Source: an uncultured Acidobacteriota bacterium
GTDB lineage: Bacteria; Acidobacteriota; Thermoanaerobaculia; Multivoradales; Multivoraceae
Direction: 5' to 3'
Length of the DNA: 64,000 bases
NCBI GenBank assembly: GCA_963851415.1
Contig: CAWKPF010000003.1
Coordinates: forward strand, 2,007,695 to 2,071,694
Shown: piece after piece, positions 1-12,996 of the stretch
Layout of the letters: every line of letters starts with the position of its first letter
How positions within the stretch are numbered: position 1 is the stretch's first letter
Translations under genes and position numbers: made by a program
The notes under the pieces: generated by a model
Told to the model about the DNA's origin: nothing
The model's input: the letters and a program-made list of their open reading frames with translations, nothing else
Database searches by the model: none

Positions 1-44
1 CCATCAGGAGAAAATGACTCACGAGCTCTCCATACGGCGGCCGC

Positions 45-452
45 TCATTCCTTCACGCCACGGGCAATGTCCCATGCATCCAGGACCACGAGCAGGTTCA
101 TCAGCCCAGCAGTCACGATGAAGGCGCTCCCGTATTCGTAACCGGCCGCCGTCACGCTGCCGGCGTACTCGAAGAGATAGCGCGCCACGAAGTAGGGCGC
201 TCCCATGCCCATGCAAGCCAGCGTCGCGAGCCGGCTCAGGGGTTGATCGGCGACCGCCGTGTACAGGCGCCCCTCGAGCATGCAGCCGATCATCAAAGAC
301 ACCAGAACGATACAGAAGAAGGAGAGCGCTCTGGGCCACTTGCGCAGATACAGGTGTCCGGCGCCAGGCACGATCCAGGCGAGGAACACGGCGAGAATCG
401 GGTTGTGGGTAGTCGCGGGCCCTGAGGACTCCGCAGCGTCGCTAGCCGACAT
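45..452 (-). CDS. Small integral membrane protein (3-4 TM helices, GxGHxYxxK-like motif, TM2/DUF-like), function unknown
   Basis: 135-aa ORF with hydrophobic helices and motif PGAGHLYLRKWP; lies downstream of ihfB on the same strand. Confidence 0.4.
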   Translation of the reverse strand: MSASDAAESSGPATTHNPILAVFLAWIVPGAGHLYLRKWPRALSFFCIVLVSLMIGCMLEGRLYTAVADQPLSRLATLACMGMGAPYFVARYLFEYAGSVTAAGYEYGSAFIVTAGLMNLLVVLDAWDIARGVKE

Positions 453-553
453 GGATCTTCAGGACTTTTCTTCCGCGCCGCGGTCTTGCCCAGTTGCACG
501 ATCGAACGGCCACGCAGGCCGGCCGGCCCCGAAAACTGGAGCGAGGGCGCTGG

Positions 554-835
554 TCAATGCTCGTCGTTGAGCAGTTCCTTCAGCTGTTTTCCCGGTTTGA
601 AATAGGGGATCCGCTTCGAGGGAACGTCGACACGAGCGCCGGTCTTCGGATTCCTACCGATGCGAGAACCCCGCTCACGGATTCGAAAACTGCCGAACCC
701 ACGAAGCTCGATCTTCTCTCCGTCCTTGAGCGAGTCGACAATGCTCTCGAAAACCGTGTTGACGATCACCTCGGCGTGCTTCTTCGTCAGCTGAGTGTTC
801 TTCGCCACCTGCTCTACCAGCTCGGCTTTGGTCAT
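554..835 (-). CDS. ihfB: HU/IHF family DNA-binding protein (integration host factor beta-like)
   Basis: MTKAELVEQVAK...GFGSFRIRERGSRIGRNPKTGARVDVPSKRIPYFKPGK is typical of the HU/IHF fold with its beta-arm. Classical position directly downstream of rpsA. The ORF-track ATG at 895 would overlap the rpsA terminator, so the start at MTKAEL (835) is preferred. Confidence 0.7.
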   Translation of the reverse strand: MTKAELVEQVAKNTQLTKKHAEVIVNTVFESIVDSLKDGEKIELRGFGSFRIRERGSRIGRNPKTGARVDVPSKRIPYFKPGKQLKELLNDEH

Positions 836-902
836 GCCGGACCGACCGGGCCCACCGATCAGATCAACCTCTTTGCGCCCCACGTACTCCTCCATGACTC
901 AG

Positions 903-949
903 ACAAACAAACGAACGTCGAAGCCAGTCCGGCCTGCCGAGGCCGGACT
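903..949 (-). terminator. Intrinsic terminator of rpsA: 9-bp GC stem (AGUCCGGCC/GGCCGGACU, 6-nt loop) followed by a U-rich tract
   Basis: Hairpin at 926-949 read on the minus strand, followed by UUCGUUUGUUUGUCUG, immediately after the rpsA stop at 958. Confidence 0.55.
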
Positions 950-957
950 GCTCCAGC

Positions 958-2878
958 TCAGACCTCGGACTTCTCCTCTTCGGACTCGGCCTCTTCTCCG
1001 CCCTCCGCGGTAGCCTCCTCCGATGCGGCATCCTCGGTCGCTTCGGACCCCGCCTGCTCCGTCTCCTCTTCGCTGTCGCCGCCCTCCGCGGCAGAAGCCT
1101 CGACATCGGGAGCACTCTCTTCCTCGGCAGCCGCAGCGAGCTCGGCCCCCTCGGAATCCTCCTCCTCGGACGCCGTCACCACGGCCGCCGGGACGTGGGG
1201 ACCGAACTTCTCGTCCAGCTCAGCGATCTCCTCCGCGGTCGGCTGATCGACACCACGCATCGTCAGCCCGACCTTGTGGTCCTCCTCCTCGATCCGGAGG
1301 ATGCGCGCTCGAGCCCACTCACCGACCGTGAACAGATCTTCCAGCTTGCCGGCCGGGAGATCGATCTCGCTGACGTGCGCCAGACCCTCGAGGCCCTCGT
1401 AGATGTCGATGAAGAGACCGAAGTCGGTGACGTTGACCACTCGGCCCGTCGACCGCGTCCCCGACATTGTGGGTGTCGACGAAGTCCTGCCACTCGTTGG
1501 GCAGGAACTCCTTGATCGACAGCGAGACGCGCTGGTTCTCGACGTCGATGTTGGTGATCCGCGCCTTGACCGTGTCGCCCTTCTTGAGGACTTCGCTCGG
1601 GTGCTTGATGCGCTTGGTCCAGCTCATGTCCGAGACGTGGATCAGGCCGTCGATCTCGTCGGTGATCTCGACGAAGGCGCCGAACTCGGTGAGGTTGCGC
1701 ACCTTGCCTTCGATGATCGTGCCCACCGGGAAGCGGTCCGCGAGGTCCTCCCAGGGATTGCGCTCGGTCTGGCGCAGCGAGAGGCTGATCCGTCGCTGAT
1801 TCGCATGTCGAGCTCGGAGACGATGGCCTCGACCTCGTCGCCGACCGCGAGAATCTTCGACGGATTGACGACCTTCTTGGTCCACGACATCTCGCTGACG
1901 TGGATCAGGCCCTCGACTCCCTCCTCGATCTCGACGAAGGCGCCGTAGTCGACCAGGCTGACACGACCTTGCCTCGGACGCGCGAGCCGATCGGGTACTT
2001 CTTGTCGACGAGGGTCCAGGGATCTTCGCTCTTCTGCTTGTAGCCCAGCGAGACGCGCTCGGTCTCGGGGTCGAACTTGAGGATGATCGACTTCGACTTC
2101 GTCACCGATCTCGAAATGCTCCGAGGGGTGGTTGACCCGTCCCCAGGAGATGTCGGTGATGTGCAGCAGACCGTCGATGCCGCCGAGGTCGATGAACACA
2201 CCGTAGTCGGTGATGTTCTTGACCACGCCCGGCAGTCTGCGCCCCCTCGACCAGCTTGGTCGAGGGTCTCCGTCTTCTTCTTGGCGTACTCCTTCTCGAG
2301 CACGGCCTTGCGCGACAGCACGATGTTGTTGCGCCGGCGATCGAGACTGATGACCTTGAACTCGAGCTCCTCGCCCTTGAGCGATTCGAGGTGCTTGATC
2401 GGCTTGATGTCGACCAGAGAGCCAGGCAGGAAAGCCCGCAGGCCGACGTCGACGGTCAGGCCGCCCTTGATCCGGTCGATCACCCGGCCGGTGATGAATC
2501 TCGTTTCCCTCGAACGCGTTCTCGATCTCGGCCCATACCTTCATTCGGTCGGCGCGACTCTTCGAGAGGAGCACGTGCCCGTCGGCGTCCCTCGGTCTTC
2601 TCGAGCAGAACCTCTACCTCGTCGCCGATATCGACCATCAGCTCGCCGCCGTGATCCGTGAACTCCTGCCGGGGGACGAGCCCCTCGGACTTGTATCCGA
2701 CATCGACGACCACGTCGTTGGGCGTGATCTCGATGACGCGGCCACTCACCAGCTCGCCTTCGACGAGATGGCGCATGCTCTGGTCGTAGAGCTCGAGTAG
2801 CTGTTCGTAATCCAGGTCGCCTTCGCCCGCGCCGGCCGCGGGGACCGGGGTCGAGGCTTCCTGCTGTTCAGTCTCCAT
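958..2878 (-). pseudogene. rpsA: 30S ribosomal protein S1 (six S1 domains plus acidic C-terminal tail) interrupted by ~7 frameshifts
   Basis: S1-domain segments (e.g. GELVSGRVIEITPNDVVVDVGYKSEG, LPGVVKNITDYGVFIDLGGIDGLLHITDISW, VSLVDYGAFVEIEEGVEGLIHVSEMSW, GKVRNLTEFGAFVEITDEIDGLIHVSDMSW, GRVVNVTDFGLFIDIYEGLEGLAHVSEI) are spread over 5 overlapping ORFs in all three minus-strand frames. Frame switches occur near 2590, 2488, 2245, 2100, 1985, 1800 and 1445. Good SD (AGGAGG) 7 nt before the ATG at 2878. Confidence 0.85.
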
Positions 2879-3087
2879 TAGTGGGTGTACCTCCTAGTAC
2901 TGGGATTCGGCACGATGGCCGCGGATTCACGCTGTTTGATTTCGCGGCCGATGGACAGAAAGACTCCCTCCCGGCGAGCGGGTCGCGACCCGGGTTCGCG
3001 GAGAGAGGCCACCGGCTAGCGATGTAAGCGTTGAGAACCCGTAAGTTGTGAGTATAGGAACGGCTTTCCCAGGGTGTCAACAGCGAA
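2879..3087 (-). promoter_or_regulatory. 209-nt rpsA leader/promoter region (candidate S1 autoregulatory 5' UTR)
   Basis: Long non-coding gap between the queG stop and the rpsA start. rpsA mRNAs are known to carry structured autoregulatory leaders. No specific fold was verified here. Confidence 0.25.
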
Positions 3088-4338
3088 TCAGGAGGGATTC
3101 CGCCCGGCACCGGGTTTCGGTGTCGCTTCGTCGAGATCGCCGCCCTCGAGCTCCTCCAGCGCACCTTCGATCTCCGCTCGCAGCCGCGGCGGGATCGAGC
3201 CCTCCAGCACCGATCGCAGCCCGACGATCGCCGCCTGGCGGAGACCACCCCTGCCCTCGACCCCTCCCGTAGCACCGATCCGGCCGACCACCCGAGCGAG
3301 ATGCGCGCTCAACGTCTCGGCAGCCTCTCCCCGCTCCTCGAGACTCTGCTCCAGCTCCTCCAGAAGAGCAGGCAGATAACGCGGCTCTCCCCGGTTCGCC
3401 ATCGCGATCGAAGCGTTGCGCTTCAACCCGTCGAGCTTGGCCCGCTTCAACGGACTGCCCCGGAAGCGCTCCACGTAGTCCTCACGCTCGATTCGCAGCA
3501 GCCCGATCAGGTCGAGGTCGCGACGAGACTCGGGTAGCCGCAGAGCCGGTTCATCGACCGCTTCGGGGCGCCGATTCCAGGGACACACCTGCTGACAGAT
3601 GTCGCAGCCGAAGACCCAGTCACCCATGTCCGACCACAGCTCGCGCGGAATCGTCCCGCGGTGCTCGATCGTCCAGTAGCTGATGCAGCGCCGGGCATCG
3701 AGTCGGAAGGGCTCGGGGAGCGCTCCGGTCGGACAGGCATCCAGACACCGGGTGCATCTCCCGCACAGGTCCGAAACCTCCATCCTCGAGGTCGTGGGCG
3801 AAGGCTCGACGTCCAGGGTCAAGAGCACCTCACCCAGGAGAAACCACGATCCGCCCTCGCGGTGCAGCAGGTTGGTGTTCTTCCCGATCGAGCCCAGCCC
3901 TGCGCGTTGAGCCAGCTCGCGCTCGAGAAGCGGCCCCGTATCGACGTAGCGTCGGGTCTCGACCCCGGGAAAGGCGTCGCGGATGCGTGCCTCCAATCGC
4001 GTCAGCCGCCCCAGCATGAGATCGTGGTAGTCCTCTCCACGGGCGTAGCGCGCCACACCCGGCCACAGATCTCCCTCGCTCGCTGCCTCGGGGTCCGACT
4101 CGAGCGGGTAGTACTGCAGCGCGACGCAGAGCACACTGAGAGCCCCGGGCAACGACAGGCGAGGATCCGTTCGCACCTCCACCCGGCGCTCGAGCCACTT
4201 CATCCCGGCGTGATCGCCCCGCTCGAGCCAGCGCTCCAGCTCCGCGGTGTACTCGGAGCGTTCCAGCCTCGCCACCCCTGCGCGATCGAATCCCGCTTCC
4301 AGCGCCCAGGCCTCGAGCTGGGTAGCGTGGGCTGTCAC
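3088..4338 (-). CDS. queG: tRNA epoxyqueuosine reductase QueG (4Fe-4S ferredoxin and HEAT-like C-terminus)
   Basis: CGRCTRCLDACPTGA and GCDICQQVCPWN 4Fe-4S motifs, GSIGKNTNLL region. GTG start at 4338 overlaps the folA TGA stop (GTGA). Confidence 0.8.
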   Translation of the reverse strand: MTAHATQLEAWALEAGFDRAGVARLERSEYTAELERWLERGDHAGMKWLERRVEVRTDPRLSLPGALSVLCVALQYYPLESDPEAASEGDLWPGVARYARGEDYHDLMLGRLTRLEARIRDAFPGVETRRYVDTGPLLERELAQRAGLGSIGKNTNLLHREGGSWFLLGEVLLTLDVEPSPTTSRMEVSDLCGRCTRCLDACPTGALPEPFRLDARRCISYWTIEHRGTIPRELWSDMGDWVFGCDICQQVCPWNRRPEAVDEPALRLPESRRDLDLIGLLRIEREDYVERFRGSPLKRAKLDGLKRNASIAMANRGEPRYLPALLEELEQSLEERGEAAETLSAHLARVVGRIGATGGVEGRGGLRQAAIVGLRSVLEGSIPPRLRAEIEGALEELEGGDLDEATPKPGAGRNPS

Positions 4339-4877
4339 TTCGGGACTCCCGAGGAGCCGCCTCCCGCTTCGCTCCGGACCTTCCGGACCAGGAACATGTA
4401 GGTCGTCTGGTGATCGTTGTCCTCGTCTCGTTCCGTACGCTCCGCCGCCCGAGCCACCCACTCCGATTCGGGCCACTCGGGAAAGTGCACATCCCCTTCG
4501 ACAGCCGCATGAACCCGAGTGAGGTGAATCTCCGTCAGCGGCAGATCGTCGGCGCGAGCGAGCACCTCTTCGAACATCGAAGCGCCGCCGATCACCCAGC
4601 CGATCTCGCTGGGCACCGCGGCCAGCGCCTCATCGAAGGACCCGACAACGATGACCCCGCGCGGTGCTGCGAAGGCGGCATCGCGAGTCAGAACGATCGA
4701 TGTCCTGCCCGGCAGGGCGCGACCGATCGAGTCGAAAGTCTTGCGCCCCATGATGAGCGTCTGCCCCATGGTCAATCGCTTGAAGCGCTGGAGGTCTGCG
4801 CGCAGATGCCAGGGAAGCGCGCCATCGGCACCGATCACTCCGTTCTCGGCGACGGCAACGATGAGACGCAGCTCCAT
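4335..4877 (-). CDS. folA: Dihydrofolate reductase
   Basis: MELRLIVAVAENGVIGADGALPWHLRADLQRFKRLTMGQTLIMGRKTFDSIG is a canonical DHFR N-terminus; adjacent to thyA. Confidence 0.9.
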   Translation of the reverse strand: MELRLIVAVAENGVIGADGALPWHLRADLQRFKRLTMGQTLIMGRKTFDSIGRALPGRTSIVLTRDAAFAAPRGVIVVGSFDEALAAVPSEIGWVIGGASMFEEVLARADDLPLTEIHLTRVHAAVEGDVHFPEWPESEWVARAAERTERDEDNDHQTTYMFLVRKVRSEAGGGSSGVPK

Positions 4878-4909
4878 GGTTCATTCCTCCCGCGCACTCC
4901 CCGGTGGAG

Positions 4910-5704
4910 CTATACCGCGACGGGCGCCTTGATGTGTGGGTACGGATCGTAGCCCTGCAGGCGAAAGTGCCCGTACTCGAAGTCGAAGATCGAAGACACC
5001 GAGGGATCGATCACCATCCGAGGAAGGGCACGAGGCGCACGCTCGAGCTGAATGCGCGCCTGGTCGAGATGGTTGATGTAGAGATGAGCGTCACCGAACG
5101 TGTGCACGAAGTCTCCCGGCTCCAGACCGGTCACCTGGGCGATCATGGAGGTCAAGAGCGCATAGGACGCGATGTTGAAGGGAACCCCCAGGAAGAGATC
5201 GGCGCTGCGCTGATACAGCTGGCACGACAGGCGTCCCTCCCCCACCCAGAACTGAAACAAGGTGTGGCAGGGCGGCAAGGCCATTCTCTCCAGATCCCCC
5301 ACGTTCCAGGCACTGACCACCAGCCGACGTGAGTCGGGAGTCGATCGGATTCGCTCGACGACGTCGGCGATCTGGTCGACGTGGCCGCCATCGGCAGTCG
5401 GCCAGGATCGCCACTGATGGCCGTAGACCGGGCCCAACTCGCCGTCGTCGTCGGCCCATTCGTCCCAGATCGAGACCCCATTCTCGTTGAGGTAGCCGAC
5501 GTTCGTGTCCCCGCGCAGCATCCAGAGCAGCTCATAGACGATCGATTTGAGGTGCACCTTCTTGGTCGTGACCAGGGGAAAGCCCTTCGCCAGATCGAAA
5601 CGCATCTGATGGCCGAATCGACTGAGCGTCCCGGTGCCGGTCCGGTCCCCCTTGGGAACGCCCTGGTCGAGAACGAGGCGAAGAAGGTCGAGATATTGCT
5701 TCAT
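4910..5704 (-). CDS. thyA: Thymidylate synthase
   Basis: [15 protein letters not shown]...[18 protein letters not shown]...[11 protein letters not shown]...[16 protein letters not shown] shows conserved ThyA motifs. The ORF-track 5' extension was trimmed to MKQYLDL. Confidence 0.9.
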   Translation of the reverse strand: MKQYLDLLRLVLDQGVPKGDRTGTGTLSRFGHQMRFDLAKGFPLVTTKKVHLKSIVYELLWMLRGDTNVGYLNENGVSIWDEWADDDGELGPVYGHQWRSWPTADGGHVDQIADVVERIRSTPDSRRLVVSAWNVGDLERMALPPCHTLFQFWVGEGRLSCQLYQRSADLFLGVPFNIASYALLTSMIAQVTGLEPGDFVHTFGDAHLYINHLDQARIQLERAPRALPRMVIDPSVSSIFDFEYGHFRLQGYDPYPHIKAPVAV

Positions 5705-5787
5705 CGATCGGGCTCCTGGATTCCAGTTCGCTTGTTCTACCACGGCCGATGACAGGACCGGTGCCCGTTTCTCGTCTGACTGGAACG

Positions 5788-7326
5788 ATGAGGGAAGAAG
5801 CGCCAACCCCGACCCCGGGCTCCGCTCGCGCGCTGTCGGCTACACCCTGGGGAATTGACGCCGCAGCCGTCGAGATCGAGGCCGACGTGCGCCCGGCGCT
5901 GCCGAGATTCACCATGGTCGGCCTCCCGGACACCGCGGTTCGGGAGAGTCGAGACCGCGTCCGCACAGCCCTGCTCAACTGCGGCTACCAACTCCCGGCG
6001 GCCGGAGTCGTCGTCAATCTCGCCCCGGCGGTCCTGCGCAAGGAAGGAAACCACCTCGACCTGGCCATCGCGCTCGCTCTGCTCGCCGCCTATCGTCTCC
6101 TCCCGGCCGCGGCGCTCGAGGCGAGGCTCTTCTGCGGCGAGCTCGGACTCGAGGGCACCGTTCGTCCCGTTCGAAGTGCGATCGCGGTCGCGGATCTCGC
6201 CGCTCGCCTCGAGGTCCGCGAGTTAATCGTGCCCCGCTCGGTAGCCGATGAAGCGGCATCGCTCGGCCGGGTCCGCGTCATCGGCGTCGACGGCCTGACC
6301 GAAGCGATCGAGCACGTCACGGGAGTCTCCACCCTGCCTCGCCAGCGCACCCCGCCCGGCCCAGCCTGTGCGGCGCCGAGCGGGCCCGATCTGAGCGACG
6401 TTCGAGGCCAGCCCATGGCGCGCCGTGCGCTCGAAATCGCCGCCGCTGGGGGCCACAACCTGCTCTTTGTTGGCCCACCCGGCACCGGCAAGACGATGCT
6501 GGCCCGTCGACTGCCCGGAATCCTGCCCCCCCTGGAGACCTCCGAGGCCCTGACCGTCACCAAGGTCCACTCGGCCGCCGGATCTTCCGGAGCGAGCGGC
6601 TTGATCACGCAGCGACCCTTCCGCGCCCCACACTCGACGACCAGTGCCGTCGCCCTGATCGGGGGCGGCAACCCCCCACGGCCCGGTGAGGTGAGCCTGG
6701 CCCACGGCGGAGTCCTCTTCCTCGACGAGCTGCCACAGTTTCGGCGCGATGCCCTCGAGGCGCTGCGTCAGCCACTCGAAGACGGGGAGGTCACCGTGGT
6801 CCGAGCCCGGGCCCGCCTGACCTTTCCTGCTCGCTTCTCGCTGGTCGCCGCGATGAACCCCTGTCCCTGCGGTTTCCTCGGGGATCCCCGTAGAGACTGC
6901 ATGTGCAGTCCGGGTGCGATCCAGCGGTACCGACAACGGATCTCGGGACCCCTGCTCGACCGCATCGACCTCCAGGTGGAGGTGCCCACCCCCGAGCTCG
7001 AGGCACTGCGCGCAGGCCCAGGGGAATCCTCGTCTCGCGTCGCACGACGGGTGCTCGAAGCCCGAAAGTCCCAACAGCAGCGCGGCAGCGCCAACGCCTC
7101 ATTGCAGGGTCCGATCCTGGAACGACTCGGCCCGCTCGAAGCCGAGGTCGAAGCGCTGTTGACCCGCGCCTGGGAGCGGCTCCACCTCTCTCCACGGGCG
7201 CACGATCGGGTTCTCCGAGTCGCCCGCACCATCGCCGACCTGGAAGGGAGTCGAGCCATCCGTCCCCAGGACCTCGCCGAAGCGCTCCAGTACCGCGCTC
7301 CGGAAACCGACGCCGCCTCGGGCTGA
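5788..7326 (+). CDS. comM: YifB/ComM family Mg-chelatase-like AAA+ ATPase
   Basis: Lon-like N-domain, Walker [10 protein letters not shown], then LDELPQF, MNPCPCG and a C-terminal ChlI-like domain. The exact start is uncertain (5749-5788). Confidence 0.85.
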   Translation: MREEAPTPTPGSARALSATPWGIDAAAVEIEADVRPALPRFTMVGLPDTAVRESRDRVRTALLNCGYQLPAAGVVVNLAPAVLRKEGNHLDLAIALALLAAYRLLPAAALEARLFCGELGLEGTVRPVRSAIAVADLAARLEVRELIVPRSVADEAASLGRVRVIGVDGLTEAIEHVTGVSTLPRQRTPPGPACAAPSGPDLSDVRGQPMARRALEIAAAGGHNLLFVGPPGTGKTMLARRLPGILPPLETSEALTVTKVHSAAGSSGASGLITQRPFRAPHSTTSAVALIGGGNPPRPGEVSLAHGGVLFLDELPQFRRDALEALRQPLEDGEVTVVRARARLTFPARFSLVAAMNPCPCGFLGDPRRDCMCSPGAIQRYRQRISGPLLDRIDLQVEVPTPELEALRAGPGESSSRVARRVLEARKSQQQRGSANASLQGPILERLGPLEAEVEALLTRAWERLHLSPRAHDRVLRVARTIADLEGSRAIRPQDLAEALQYRAPETDAASG

Positions 7327-7446
7327 CCCACCGGGACTGCCGCTCCGGGGAGCTCGCCCGAGCCTCCCGCCGGACCGATTTCGTCCCTCTGGCCCGGCGC
7401 CATATCTCTCCTGGATATCAGTACATACAGCGACTCGGCCCGGTCC

Positions 7447-7477
7447 TTGACAGCCCACTCAAGGGCGCGGCTAGAAT
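7447..7477 (+). promoter_or_regulatory. Candidate sigma70-type promoter (TTGACA, 19-nt spacer, TAGAAT) for the M23 peptidase gene
   Basis: cTTGACAgcccactcaagggcgcggcTAGAATactccc lies 85 nt upstream of the ATG at 7561, in an AT-richer island. Confidence 0.3.
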
Positions 7478-7560
7478 ACTCCCATCTCCGCCTTGGTAGG
7501 GGAGGAGTCTGCTCGATTCGTATGCATTGATTTTCTGGGCTGGCCAACCAAGGTTTCCGG

Positions 7561-8454
7561 ATGGGTCTGAAACACCACACGATCATTGTCGTTCCGCACT
7601 CTCGCGCGCGCTTCCGTAAATACCGGATCAGCAGTCGCCAGCTCAGGCTGGCACTCCTGGCGCTCGCTGGCGTCACCATCGGTGCCGCCGTCATCACCTA
7701 CTCGTACTTCGCGACCTCGGTCAGCCTCGACGAGATCAGCGATCTGCGCCAGCAGAACGAGCAGCTACGCGCCATCAACGACTCCTTCGAAGACAGCGTC
7801 CGGCAGCTGCAAGAGCAGCTCGCCGACTATGAGGATCGCACCAAGGAGTTGGCGATCGTCGCCGGTCTCGAGGACGTGCCCGCGGCCGAGAGGCGCACCA
7901 CTGCCGAGACCGGCGCCGGCGGTGGCAACGTGCCGGTCTACCCCAGCGGGATGGAGAGTCTGACCGATCTCGACGTTCGAGCCCGGGCCCTCGACTCCAC
8001 CCTGGCCGCGGTCAGCGATCGGCTCGACGAGCGCGAGCTGCAGATCTCCGCGACGCCGGCGATTCTTCCGGTCAAGGGCGTCTACACGTCTGCCTATGGC
8101 TATCGCCGCGATCCGATCACGGGACAGCGCTCTTTTCACGGTGGGATCGACATCTCCGCCCCCAAGGGTGTTCCCGTGGTCGCTTCGGCCGACGGCGTGG
8201 TGGCCCGCTCCGGCACCGTCGGCTCCCTCGGCCGCTCGGTAGAGCTCTCCCACGGCTACGGGGTCGCGACGCTCTACGGTCATCTCTCGAAGATCACCGT
8301 GCATCCGGGAGACCAGATCGAGCGCGGGGACGTGATCGGCTACGTCGGGAACTCCGGACGATCGACCGGCTATCATCTCCACTACGAAGTGCGGCGCGAC
8401 GATCAGCCGGTAAATCCGCTCGAGCACATCCTCGACATGCCCCGGCGCCGCTGA
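7561..8454 (+). CDS. M23 family metallopeptidase (LytM/EnvC-like: N-terminal TM, coiled coil, C-terminal peptidase)
   Basis: HGGIDISAP...GNSGRSTGYHLHYEVR carries the HxxxD and HxH M23 active-site motifs; N-terminal hydrophobic anchor plus a Q/E-rich coiled coil. Confidence 0.8.
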   Translation: MGLKHHTIIVVPHSRARFRKYRISSRQLRLALLALAGVTIGAAVITYSYFATSVSLDEISDLRQQNEQLRAINDSFEDSVRQLQEQLADYEDRTKELAIVAGLEDVPAAERRTTAETGAGGGNVPVYPSGMESLTDLDVRARALDSTLAAVSDRLDERELQISATPAILPVKGVYTSAYGYRRDPITGQRSFHGGIDISAPKGVPVVASADGVVARSGTVGSLGRSVELSHGYGVATLYGHLSKITVHPGDQIERGDVIGYVGNSGRSTGYHLHYEVRRDDQPVNPLEHILDMPRRR

Positions 8455-8492
8455 CCTCCTTCGGGAGGCCCAGGCCAGGCCCGAGACCCAAG

Positions 8493-8543
8493 CAGAGCAC
8501 ACCCCTTCCCCTGCCACCGATGCAGGGGAAGGGGTGTGCTCTG
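8493..8543. terminator. Perfect 22-bp-stem, 7-nt-loop GC-rich palindrome (candidate U-tract-less terminator or protein-binding site)
   Basis: cAGAGCACACCCCTTCCCCTGC caccgat GCAGGGGAAGGGGTGTGCTCTg, 39 nt after the M23 peptidase stop and 165 nt before the secA start. Confidence 0.5.
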
Positions 8544-8708
8544 GTACACTGGTGGCTCACCGATCGATCTCCGGCAATCCCTCTGCGGGGCGATGTGCCG
8601 GGAGCCCACATTCCAGCCTGATTCGAACCCCACCGGTCGACGCCGCGCGAGCGCCGACCCGGTGCTTCTCTATATTCAGCGAACCTCTCAAGCGGGTCCC
8701 TTCTCAGC

Positions 8709-11459
<2,751 letters not shown>

Positions 11460-11511
11460 CTCGAATTCCTCGACAGGCCTGAAGAGAGCAGAGCTCCAGA
11501 GAAAGGACACG

Positions 11512-12987
11512 ATGACCTCAGCCGACCGCAATCTCACCCTGGCGCTCACCTTCGACGACGTACTCCTGTGCCCGGGGCTCTCGGAGGTTCATCCGAACGA
11601 TATCGACCTGAAGACCAGGATCTGTCGCGGAATCGACCTCAACATCCCTCTCGTTTCGGCAGCGATGGATACCGTCACCGAGTCCGGACTGGCGATCGCA
11701 CTCGCTCAAGAGGGTGGCATCGGCGTCGTCCACAAGAACCTCTCGATCGACCAGCAAGCCGCGGAGATCGACAAGGTGAAGCGCTCGGAGGCCGGCATGA
11801 TCGTCGACCCGATCACCATGCGCCCCGATCAACGGATCAAGGAGGCGCTCCACGTCATGGCCTCCTACAAGATCTCGGGAGTGCCGGTAACCGATGACGA
11901 GGGTCGACTGGTCGGCATCTTGACGAATCGCGACCTGCGCTTCGAGGACGACACCGAGAAGAAGATCAGCGAGCTCATGACCAGCGAGAATCTGGTCGCT
12001 GTGCCGGTCGGCACCACCCTCGAGGAGGCGAAGGCGGAGCTGCACAAGCATCGGATCGAGAAGCTCCTGGTGGTCGACGACGAGGGCAACCTACAGGGCC
12101 TGATCACCGTCAAGGACATTCAGAAGATGATGCAGTACCCCAATGCCTGCAAGGACGCGCTGGGGCGTCTGCGCGTCGCCGGCGCAGTGGGTGCGACCGG
12201 CGATTTCCTGGAACGAGCTCGCACCCTGGTCGACGCGAAGGTCGATCTCCTGGTGCTCGATTCTTCGCACGCCCACAGCAACGGGGTCCTCGAAGCCACC
12301 GCCCGCATCCGTGAGGCCTTTCCTTCGACCCGCCTGATGGTCGGCAACGTCGCGACCCGCGAAGGAGCCCGAGCGCTGGCGGACCGTGGTGCCGACGCGA
12401 TCAAGGTGGGGATCGGCCCGGGCAGTATCTGCACGACGCGCGTGGTCACCGGGGCCGGGGTCCCCCAGATCACCGCGATCCGAGAGTGCTCGGACGAAGT
12501 CGCCGCCGACAACATTCCGATCATCGCCGATGGCGGAATTCGCTTCTCCGGTGACCTGACCAAGGCCATCGCGGCGGGCGCCAACGCGATCATGATCGGG
12601 TCGCTTCTCGCCGGCACCGAGGAGAGCCCCGGCGAGACCATCCTCTACCAGGGTCGCAGCTACAAGGCGTACCGCGGCATGGGATCGCTCTCGGCCATGT
12701 CTCGTGGCAGTGCGGATCGATATTTCCAGGACGGCGCCGAGCACCTGAGCAAGATGGTGCCGGAAGGCATCGAGGGCATGGTGCCCTACAAGGGAAGCCT
12801 CCATCAGATCGTGATTCAGTTGACGGGGGGAATGCGCCAGGGAATGGGTCTGGCCGGCTGCCGGGGAATCGACGATCTTCGAACCAACGCACGCCTTCTC
12901 CGGGTCACCTCGGCCGGCCAGAAGGAAAGCCACGCCCATGACGTCACGATCACCAAGGAAGCTCCCAACTACTGGGTGGAGCGATAG
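11512..12987 (+). CDS. guaB: Inosine-5'-monophosphate dehydrogenase
   Basis: TIM barrel with a tandem CBS insert and catalytic-loop region [11 protein letters not shown]...GGIRFSGD. Confidence 0.95.
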   Translation: MTSADRNLTLALTFDDVLLCPGLSEVHPNDIDLKTRICRGIDLNIPLVSAAMDTVTESGLAIALAQEGGIGVVHKNLSIDQQAAEIDKVKRSEAGMIVDPITMRPDQRIKEALHVMASYKISGVPVTDDEGRLVGILTNRDLRFEDDTEKKISELMTSENLVAVPVGTTLEEAKAELHKHRIEKLLVVDDEGNLQGLITVKDIQKMMQYPNACKDALGRLRVAGAVGATGDFLERARTLVDAKVDLLVLDSSHAHSNGVLEATARIREAFPSTRLMVGNVATREGARALADRGADAIKVGIGPGSICTTRVVTGAGVPQITAIRECSDEVAADNIPIIADGGIRFSGDLTKAIAAGANAIMIGSLLAGTEESPGETILYQGRSYKAYRGMGSLSAMSRGSADRYFQDGAEHLSKMVPEGIEGMVPYKGSLHQIVIQLTGGMRQGMGLAGCRGIDDLRTNARLLRVTSAGQKESHAHDVTITKEAPNYWVER

Positions 12988-12996
12988 GAAAGCGAT

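Noticed and set aside
958-2878. Programmed ribosomal frameshifting as the explanation for the rpsA frame changes
   Set aside because: Seven shifts of mixed sign (+1, -1, 2-nt, 11-nt duplication), mostly in homopolymer or dinucleotide contexts without slippery heptamer plus pseudoknot signatures, are far more consistent with indel lesions (assembly error or decay) than with recoding.
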